From NCBI GenBank assembly GCA_018692315.1, contig JABHKC010000098.1, positions 6,572 through 70,571 of the forward strand: 64,000 nt of DNA, written 5' to 3'. This stretch comes from Bacteroidota bacterium (GTDB lineage Bacteria; Bacteroidota; Bacteroidia; Bacteroidales; JABHKC01). The translations under genes were made by a program, and so were the position numbers. The notes under the pieces are model-generated. The model did not search any database and had not been told where the DNA came from. It saw only the letters and a list, made by a program, of their open reading frames with translations. Position 1 is the stretch's first letter, and each line of letters starts with the position of its first letter. Positions 38,801 through 44,806 of the stretch are shown one piece after another.

Positions 38801-39416
38801 CATTGGCAATGTATCTCCAAAACTTTTCGTAATGTTCTTTGTAGGATTTGAAGAAGTCCTTTTTCAATGGCTCAACCGAGAAAGTGTCCAATAATTGTTT
38901 AATACCAATTAATGCTCCCTTGGCTTTTTTCTCCGCCAATTCCGAAAGTCTTTTTGAGGCTGTAGTACATGATTCGTTGCCCCCAAGTAAATAGGTATAA
39001 CGTTTTGGTTTGGTTTCGCCTTTAATAAATTCACCAGTTTCCAAATCAATATCCGACCATTTGGCAATAAATGAAAAACGATAATCTTTTTGATTTTTAG
39101 AATAGAAAAACACCAAAGCACCGTGAGTAATATTTTGGTCGATATGTTTGGCTGCAATATCCCTTAATCCTTTACGGTTTTGGTCAATTCTAATGCTATC
39201 ATCAACTTCTACTTCGAAAATGGCAAGCGATTTATTGTCGTCCAGTTTAATAGCGCCGATCTGTTTTCCTGATTTTACTTTTTTCTGTTCAAAAAATGGA
39301 TTTGAAGGAGTCAGGAAATATTCAATTTTTCCAAAAAGCAAAGTCAATATAGATTTCCAATTTTCGTTGAAATTGTAATCTTTCTGTAATATATGTTTTA
39401 GGTCTTTTTCTTTCAT
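35805..39416 (-). CDS. Eco57I/PglX-type gamma-class N6-adenine DNA methyltransferase with TaqI-like C-terminal specificity domain (type IIG/IIL-like)
   Basis: 1203 aa; GAFYTPKEVV, motif I DPAIGSGAFP, long coiled insertion, motif IV IGNPPYIQ, TRD pattern YRGILTGFNGAFIID; N-terminal region of about 330 aa of uncertain function. Confidence 0.85.
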   Translation of the reverse strand: MKEKDLKHILQKDYNFNENWKSILTLLFGKIEYFLTPSNPFFEQKKVKSGKQIGAIKLDDNKSLAIFEVEVDDSIRIDQNRKGLRDIAAKHIDQNITHGALVFFYSKNQKDYRFSFIAKWSDIDLETGEFIKGETKPKRYTYLLGGNESCTTASKRLSELAEKKAKGALIGIKQLLDTFSVEPLKKDFFKSYKEHYEKFWRYIANDEFGYRAILLDTSKDEPDKQEKPIRDFAKKLLGRIVFLHFLQKKGWMACPANTKKWEGGEKQFMQLLFEKFEDKKQFHSHCLTKLFFNTLNTKRKNDVFEIKGLNGFLNGSRVPYLNGGLFDADKPKEILSVDFPVKYFAELFEFFAQYNFTIDENSPDDHEVGIDPEMLGHIFENLLEENREKGAFYTPKEVVQYMCKESTIQYLKNHFPVEADVEWFIRNHSVSSYFSVRDNAIALDQKLNEVKICDPAIGSGAFPIGILHELFEAKKFIYPYLKTNKEFNPAKVKKAIIQNSIYGVDIEKGAVDIAQLRFWLALVVDETKPEPLPNLDYKIMQGNSLLESFEGIDLSETALFEEPNVMHVNPTLFEEPKTDYSFSEENRTDIKQLIKDYFKVEDKDEKTKIHKAIDKIVLDHIDKSLEFWENRLLIEIATYQEKLNIKLENLNEELREIYNDKSREVKEIKERQKLLDNKGNARKKLKDFEQTDERPYFLWHLFFMDVFEKGGFDIFIGNPPYIQLQKMGKQADILQNEGFETFARTGDIYCLFYEKGINLLQTGGVLTFITSNKWMRGGYGKALRNYFTKINPKKILILGPGIFHSATVDTNIFIGEKNSFKNKVKGIEIANRYNITSLRNEDFIPLCDVNEEAWIVLNEEELIINKALVEFGKPLRDWNLEIYRGILTGFNGAFIIDQAKRDELVAEDNSSDEIIRPILKGREIQGYHVDWKNDYVIATFPSLNIEIEDFKAVRRYLESFQPKLNQTGETFINNKGVKEKTRKKSGNKWFETQDPIGFVAEFKKEKVIWKRIGSIMRFAYSDEEIYCLDSTCIATGEKIKYLTAVLNSKIGLYQLIKTSPQTGTGDQIISVQALEPLLVPYPSIEIEEIFNVIVDYILFIKKSSESILNSISHEILSSTFEEVIDYMVYELYFEKHMKENKIDVLQFVDFEGINQLETFEEKRDVIQREYYKLKEKDNPIRNRILLSSVNSPNIIKRINESTH

Positions 39417-40234
39417 TATTTCAACTTCTTAAGCCTGTCGTTATGTTTAAGCAACGATTTCATTTGGGTTATTGCCAATTGGTTAAGTTGCTGCAATCGT
39501 TCTGATTGTGGAATATCTTGTTGTATTAGCATTGCATTGATGCTTTCCATATTCGACAAAACTACTAATTGTTCAATGCTTGCAAAGTCTCTAATATTTC
39601 CCGTTTCGCCCGAATTTTCGTCACGCCATTGCTTGGCAGTTTTACCAAATAAAGCAAGGTTTAATACATCAGCCTCGTTGGCATAGATAAATGAAATTTG
39701 TCTTTTGTTGAGTTTTTCCGGAATTAGATTCTCTTTAATTGCATCGGTATGAATATGATAATTAACCTTTGCAAGTGTTCGTTGGAAATTCCATTCGAGT
39801 TTCAAACGGTCATTTTCATCTTCTTTAAGTCGTTGGTATTCTTTAACCAGAAGTAATTGAAATTTTGGACTAATCCACATTCCAAAATGAAAGGCAATGT
39901 CTTTATGAGCATAAGTTCCTCCATATCTTCCAGCCTTTGCAGTTAGACCAACAGCATTAGTAGCCTCAATCCACTGTTTAACAGATAAAACAAAATTATT
40001 ACTACCTGCTGTATTTTTAATTATACCGAATTCGGTATAATTAAAATCGGGATTATACAATGCTTCCCACTCACCAAGATATTCAATAGTACTTTTTAAA
40101 CTTAACCATTTAATTATTACAACCTCTTGATGTTGACTTCTTGCCATATCAGTAAGAGAAATATAATCATTTTCTTTTTGTGCGATTATCGCTATCTCTT
40201 TTCCTTCAATATTTATTTTCTTGTTTTTTGCCAT
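39416..40234 (-). CDS. KilA-N domain-containing protein
   Basis: ISLTDMAR...GTYAHKDIAFHFGMWISPKFQLLLVKEYQRL matches the KilA-N pattern common in Bacteroidota R-M loci; its stop overlaps the MTase ATG (TAATG). Confidence 0.7.
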   Translation of the reverse strand: MAKNKKINIEGKEIAIIAQKENDYISLTDMARSQHQEVVIIKWLSLKSTIEYLGEWEALYNPDFNYTEFGIIKNTAGSNNFVLSVKQWIEATNAVGLTAKAGRYGGTYAHKDIAFHFGMWISPKFQLLLVKEYQRLKEDENDRLKLEWNFQRTLAKVNYHIHTDAIKENLIPEKLNKRQISFIYANEADVLNLALFGKTAKQWRDENSGETGNIRDFASIEQLVVLSNMESINAMLIQQDIPQSERLQQLNQLAITQMKSLLKHNDRLKKLK

Positions 40235-40250
40235 CAGATATTATTTTTTC

Positions 40251-40273
40251 TAAAAAGGGGTCGAATTCGACCC
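40251..40273 (-). terminator. internal attenuator/terminator candidate between the helicase and KilA-N genes
   Basis: Perfect 16-bp palindrome gggtcgaattcgaccc (40258-40273), followed on the minus strand by cttttta. Confidence 0.4.
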
Positions 40274-40313
40274 GATTATTAGAGTTATAATTATTTTGAA
40301 TCGCCACCATTCA

Positions 40314-43300
40314 TTATGTGTAACTTTCTGTTATTATAATCTCAGGATTCAATATTTTTGAAGTAACAACTTTTACTTGTTCCACTTCATCAATTTCCTC
40401 GTTTACCAGTGGATAACTTTTCAATATGCCAATTATTCTTTCCAGTATTATTACCGGCTTTAAAGGACTTTTACCAACTGCTCTTTTTAGTTTGTTAATA
40501 TCACGTTGTAAATTTTGAAATCTACCTTTCCGAATGGCTTCTTTTGCAGTAATTATCAATTCTGTCTCTGCATCGTTTGTAAAAGGCAGATTAATCATTG
40601 CATCCAGGTAAGAAATTGCACGTTTTTCGTTTGGTCCTTGCGTAACATCAACTTTTTTATCTTTTGCTTTTTCCTCTTCAAGTTTTTCCGAAAACAGTTT
40701 AATTGCTGTTTTTACTTGTTCGTGATGTTTGGAATGTAAGGGTATTCCTTTTTCGTTTGCATCGGCTTCAAATTTCTTTATTGTTTCAAGAAAGGTTAAT
40801 TCTTCAATTTCATCTTTTGAATTCACATAAATAAAGGCATCTCTTTTTGCATCTTTAACAAAACTGATAGTGCTATTATTTAAGTCGCTGTTTTTTCTTC
40901 CGACTCTTGCCCGTAAAGGCATATTTTTTATTTGTTTGAAAAATGTTGGGTCTTTTTCTTTAATGTCCCTTATCATCATTAAATAAGCCAACTTCTCATC
41001 TTTTTCCTCTTCTAATTCGTGGTCAAAAAGTCCAAAAGTTTCTATCTCCTCATCTGGCGAATATATTTGACTATCTTCTCCAAGTGCAGCGTGAAAAGCC
41101 TGTAACTTCATTATTGCTTTTTTCTCCAATTCAATATCACTATTAACCTTTGCTGTTGGGTAGAAATTATAAACGTGTACTTCTTTTGCAATTGAACCAA
41201 TTCTATTTACCCGACCAATTCTTTGCATCAATCGGGTTGAATTCCAAGGTGTATCATAGTTGACAATCACATTTGCTCTATGTAAGTTAATTCCCTCTGC
41301 CAGAACTTCTGTTGAGATAACAATGTTGAAATTATTTTTTTGCTCCGATTTTAGAATATTAGCATCAAAATTACTTCTGATTATTGGCATTTTTTCTTTT
41401 CGTGATTTACTATCCACCATCAATATGTTTTCATCAATATATTTTGGTAATTCACGATATAAATATTCTGTAGTTTCTTTGCTTTCAGAAAAAACTATCA
41501 ATTTTGAGGTTGGATTAATTTTCTTCTTTAGAAGTATGGTTATCAAATAGTCAGCAAAGACTTCCAATTTAGGGTCGTCATCTATTTTTTGCCATTCTTT
41601 ATTTAACGATTTTAATAATTCGTAATCATTTTTAAGTCCTGGTAAGAAGTCGTATTCAAAATCATCAGGCTCACAAATATCTATTGTTGGGTCTTCTATC
41701 GATTTCTCAATTATCAATTCTAATAATTCTTCCTCTTTTCCTTCATTAATAAAGTCCGATACTGGTAAGTTTGGTGCAATATAAATCTTGCCATTTTCAA
41801 ACATTGTAACCATTGCTTTAGTAGCCATCATAAAGCGATACAAGGATTTCTTAAAAGCATAAAAACTACTGTCAATTCTTTTAACAAGTAATGTTTTCAT
41901 AATTTTTGCCAACTGACTGGAAATCATATCGGCTTGTTTATACTTTGCTTTTTTATGTGGTTTCAGAAAAGCAATTGCTTGGTATCTGTTGTAAGTTAAG
42001 CCTTGTGTTGGATGGCTTAATACAAACATTGTTTTATCATAAATGGTATCAAGATGTGGCTCTAATTGATAAAGTATCTTTTTTGGTGCTCCTACTTTTG
42101 GAAACTTAATGCCTTGCTTTTCTAAATCTTTAGAATATAAATCGTGAGCCATTAAATCGGTTCGTGTTCTTCGCACAATTAATGGTTCAATAACCTTTGT
42201 TCTAATTCTTTCATAAATCCGCTTAACTCCTTGTTGAACAACTTTTATGTCCGGCTCTTTTTTTAGTTTTTTATACGCATCAATTTGAATTCTGAAAAAA
42301 TGTTGCAAGTTCCCAATTTCAAGTGTAGAGTTTTTACTGTCTTGAAACAGATAAACTAAATTCGCAATATCTTCAGGTTTGTTATTCAGAGGTGTCGCTG
42401 AAACAAGCATTACTTTTTTTTGAACAGTTCTACCATCAGGAAGTATTCTACGAGTTGATGTTTTACATATTTTCTGTAATTCATTATACATTGTTGCTGT
42501 ATCAGAACGAAATTTATGTGCCTCATCAACAATTATTAAATCATATTTTCTTGCATCTCTAATTTTATGCAAACTTCCGTTTGTAATAATTTTTACATTA
42601 TCTAATCTGAATTTGTCGGTTGTTTCAGCCCAATTTTCTTTTAAAGCAGGCGGCACAATAATTAGGGTACGTGAGCGATGTGATGGAAAACCATTTGAAT
42701 AGAAATATTTTTTAGCAATTATTGTTGCTACAACTGTTTTCCCGAGTCCAACAACATCAGCCAAAATAAAACCATCGTGTTTCATTATTTTGGTAAAGCC
42801 ATCATTAACAGCATCTATTTGATATGAAAGCCTTTTAAATCCTCTCGGTAAATCGGTTATTGAGTTTGGGTCAAATTCTATACTTTTTCCAAAGTACTCA
42901 ACCAGGAATTTTAAATAAACTTCATAAGGTGTGTATGTGTCATTTAGATATGTTTCTTTTTGTAACTTCTCAATATAATCTTCCTCTATTGGAATTGATT
43001 CTCCCCATAATTTCTCAAATGTTTCAGAAGCAAAATCAATGTCGGTATTATCCCTAAGTTCTATATTAAATTCAAAATTTCTTGAAAGTCCAGCATCTGT
43101 TAAATTGCTTGAACCAGTAATTACAGAACCATATCCGTGGTTGTGTTTTTCTTGTTCTTTGAAGATGTAAATTTTAGCGTGAATATTTTGTTTAGGATGA
43201 ACCTTAATTTTTAGTTTTCCTGTAACGATATCTGAAATCAATTGAAGCATTCCTTCTTCAACTTCTTTATCATATTCGGCTTCTTGAATACTCTTTTTTA

Positions 43301-43574
43301 TTTCCTTGAAGAATTCATTTTGTGCTTTCTCAGCATTTGGATCAAATAGTAATCCTTGTTGTGAGGCTTCATTAATTAGATTGTCAATGTTTATTCCAAC
43401 AAGTATTCTTATTTCAGATGCCTTCTCAATGAATTTTCTAATCCTGAAATAGCCAGAAGCACGAAAATATCCAACTAAAGCATCAAAGAAATGAATATTT
43501 CTATGTTTGAATATTCCCTCAATTTTATTGATTAAGGTATTCTCTGCTTCGTTTGTAAAAAATTTAGTGCTCAT
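40314..43574 (-). CDS. PLD-nuclease-domain / SNF2-family helicase fusion protein
   Basis: Single HKD motif near aa 132-158 (NIHAKIYIF...GSSNLT); SNF2 motifs LADVVGLGKT, LIIVDEAHKFR, VSATPLNN, AEGINL, QRIGRVNRIG. Confidence 0.85.
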   Translation of the reverse strand: MSTKFFTNEAENTLINKIEGIFKHRNIHFFDALVGYFRASGYFRIRKFIEKASEIRILVGINIDNLINEASQQGLLFDPNAEKAQNEFFKEIKKSIQEAEYDKEVEEGMLQLISDIVTGKLKIKVHPKQNIHAKIYIFKEQEKHNHGYGSVITGSSNLTDAGLSRNFEFNIELRDNTDIDFASETFEKLWGESIPIEEDYIEKLQKETYLNDTYTPYEVYLKFLVEYFGKSIEFDPNSITDLPRGFKRLSYQIDAVNDGFTKIMKHDGFILADVVGLGKTVVATIIAKKYFYSNGFPSHRSRTLIIVPPALKENWAETTDKFRLDNVKIITNGSLHKIRDARKYDLIIVDEAHKFRSDTATMYNELQKICKTSTRRILPDGRTVQKKVMLVSATPLNNKPEDIANLVYLFQDSKNSTLEIGNLQHFFRIQIDAYKKLKKEPDIKVVQQGVKRIYERIRTKVIEPLIVRRTRTDLMAHDLYSKDLEKQGIKFPKVGAPKKILYQLEPHLDTIYDKTMFVLSHPTQGLTYNRYQAIAFLKPHKKAKYKQADMISSQLAKIMKTLLVKRIDSSFYAFKKSLYRFMMATKAMVTMFENGKIYIAPNLPVSDFINEGKEEELLELIIEKSIEDPTIDICEPDDFEYDFLPGLKNDYELLKSLNKEWQKIDDDPKLEVFADYLITILLKKKINPTSKLIVFSESKETTEYLYRELPKYIDENILMVDSKSRKEKMPIIRSNFDANILKSEQKNNFNIVISTEVLAEGINLHRANVIVNYDTPWNSTRLMQRIGRVNRIGSIAKEVHVYNFYPTAKVNSDIELEKKAIMKLQAFHAALGEDSQIYSPDEEIETFGLFDHELEEEKDEKLAYLMMIRDIKEKDPTFFKQIKNMPLRARVGRKNSDLNNSTISFVKDAKRDAFIYVNSKDEIEELTFLETIKKFEADANEKGIPLHSKHHEQVKTAIKLFSEKLEEEKAKDKKVDVTQGPNEKRAISYLDAMINLPFTNDAETELIITAKEAIRKGRFQNLQRDINKLKRAVGKSPLKPVIILERIIGILKSYPLVNEEIDEVEQVKVVTSKILNPEIIITESYT

Positions 43575-43849
43575 ATGGTTTTCAATATTTCTTTTAGTCC
43601 ATCTTTCAAATAATTAAGTTCTCCCAAGTCCGTAATTATTGCTGATTGTATAAACTGTATTTCAATCTCTTTTTCTGCTTTATCCAAAGTTTCTGCTAAA
43701 ATTGGAATCATTTCAGTTGTTGCACGTCTTTCGTTTCTCTCAATTTTACTCAATATTGAGGTATCAATATCAAGTGCCGCTGCAACTTTTCTCAGAGGTA
43801 ATCCTATGTCCTCTCTTGATTTCCGTATGTATTCTCCAAACGTTTTCAT
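43571..43849 (-). CDS. XRE-family helix-turn-helix transcriptional regulator
   Basis: FGEYIRKSREDIGLPLRKVAAALDIDTSILSKIERNER; ATGA overlap with the helicase gene. Confidence 0.8.
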   Translation of the reverse strand: MKTFGEYIRKSREDIGLPLRKVAAALDIDTSILSKIERNERRATTEMIPILAETLDKAEKEIEIQFIQSAIITDLGELNYLKDGLKEILKTI

Positions 43850-43862
43850 ATTGTCGTAATTG

Positions 43863-43882
43863 TTTTGACGATTTTGTCAAAA
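43863..43882. promoter_or_regulatory. candidate operator palindrome for the XRE regulator
   Basis: ttttgac-gatttt-gtcaaaa, perfect 7-bp arms, between the -7 box and the ATG of the HTH gene. Confidence 0.45.
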
Positions 43883-43885
43883 GTA
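43878..43885 (-). promoter_or_regulatory. candidate -7 promoter box (TAnnTTTG) of the island operon
   Basis: Minus strand reads tacttttg about 28 nt upstream of the HTH ATG; overlaps the palindrome. Confidence 0.4.
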
Positions 43886-44166
43886 GGATAATTTTTTTGT
43901 TTTTCGGGCTGGATTTGTGCGTTGGGTTCCCTAATTGTCCCGAAGGGCAAAAGCGGGTCGGCAAAAACTATTTTTTTCTTGCCCCAAATTTCATTCTTGA
44001 CTGATATTTTATTAATTCGATTTTTCAATTTTCAATCAGTTTATTTCAATATACTTCGGTTCTTTAGCCTTGCATACAACATCTGTGTAAGAGGAAACTT
44101 CCTCTTATTATTTTATTAGTTGCGTAACTATTATTTCCATTTTCAGGGGAATATGGTGAACTTTTG

Positions 44167-44286
44167 TTAAATAATGTCATCTATTGGTTTTTTAAAGTTT
44201 CTAAATTTATTCTTGCAAACATGTGTGTAAATTTCTGTTAAACTAAACCCAAGCCAGCTAATTAAGAAATAATCTCGTGAGTTCAT
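44167..44286 (-). pseudogene. tyrosine recombinase/integrase, C-terminal stub only
   Basis: Hand translation MNSRDYFLISWLGFSLTEIYTHVCKNKFRNFKKPIDDII* matches the ...LLGHSxxxTTEIYTHVxxxxLxxIKSPLDxL C-terminus (catalytic Tyr box); stop codons immediately upstream. Confidence 0.55.
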
Positions 44287-44616
44287 CTTTATTATTTTTT
44301 AAAATATGTAAATATGAGAAAAAATATTAATCTACTGTAAAATAATTGTTTGAAATATTAAACAAAATGCAAAGAGGCTTTTAGTGAATAATCAATACTG
44401 AAAAACTGTCATATGCAAATAATTATTATCAAATATTACCTAAGGGGGCTTCTAAAAATAGTAAATTTCAAGGCGTAAGAAATTTGAAAACCGGAGTTTT
44501 CTATTGTAAATGAGGATTTTAAAATTTTGAAACAACTAAGAAATTTGCATTTTTTGAAGTCGCCTAATTATCTACAACAAATGACATTTCGCTTCTTTAC
44601 ATATCAAAGAACTAAA

Positions 44617-44787
44617 TTATTTAATGAAAAATCTACCAGACTTCAAAATATCATTTCCGAAAATACGATAAAAATACATTCCACATCTTATTTTTGGAAA
44701 ATTTATTTCTGAAATGCCAATATCAAATTTCTTTATTAAAAATTCTTTAAGCAAGGCAGCCAAAAGCCTAAATCCTGGTCCTGAAAA
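44617..44787 (-). pseudogene. T9SS C-terminal sorting-domain remnant
   Basis: Hand translation ...FDIGISEINFPKIRCGMYFYRIFGNDILKSGRFFIK*, the typical end of a T9SS sorting domain; no N-terminal part, and it abuts the RND gene stop. Confidence 0.5.
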
Positions 44788-44806
44788 TTAAGTTTTGTCA
44801 AAGCAA

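Larger units (their letters stand above)
33782..44286 (-). mobile_element. decayed genomic (defence) island
   Basis: Defence operon 33892-43849; tyrosine-integrase C-terminal stub at 44167-44286; cgggtcgg direct repeats at 33782 and 43954; gene fragments at the right edge. Confidence 0.5.

Noticed and set aside
35879-43057. Numerous 60-96-aa plus-strand ORFs inside the island genes
   Set aside because: They are antisense to the long MTase and helicase ORFs, which carry complete catalytic motif sets. There is no independent support.
43702-44119. ORFs of 60-100 aa in the island-edge gap (43702-44004+, 43770-43964-, 43846-44028-, 43922-44119+)
   Set aside because: They overlap one another in several frames, partly run antisense to the HTH gene, and have no motifs. 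The region is better explained as promoter plus scar DNA.
33480-44300. tRNA or tmRNA gene as the island integration target
   Set aside because: No T-loop (GGTTCGAATCC-like) or acceptor/CCA-type sequence is present on either strand at either island edge. The gctcagcagagc at 33622-33633 only mimics a D-arm.
44527-44712. 61-aa plus-strand ORF
   Set aside because: It lies antisense to the much more convincing T9SS sorting-domain remnant on the minus strand.
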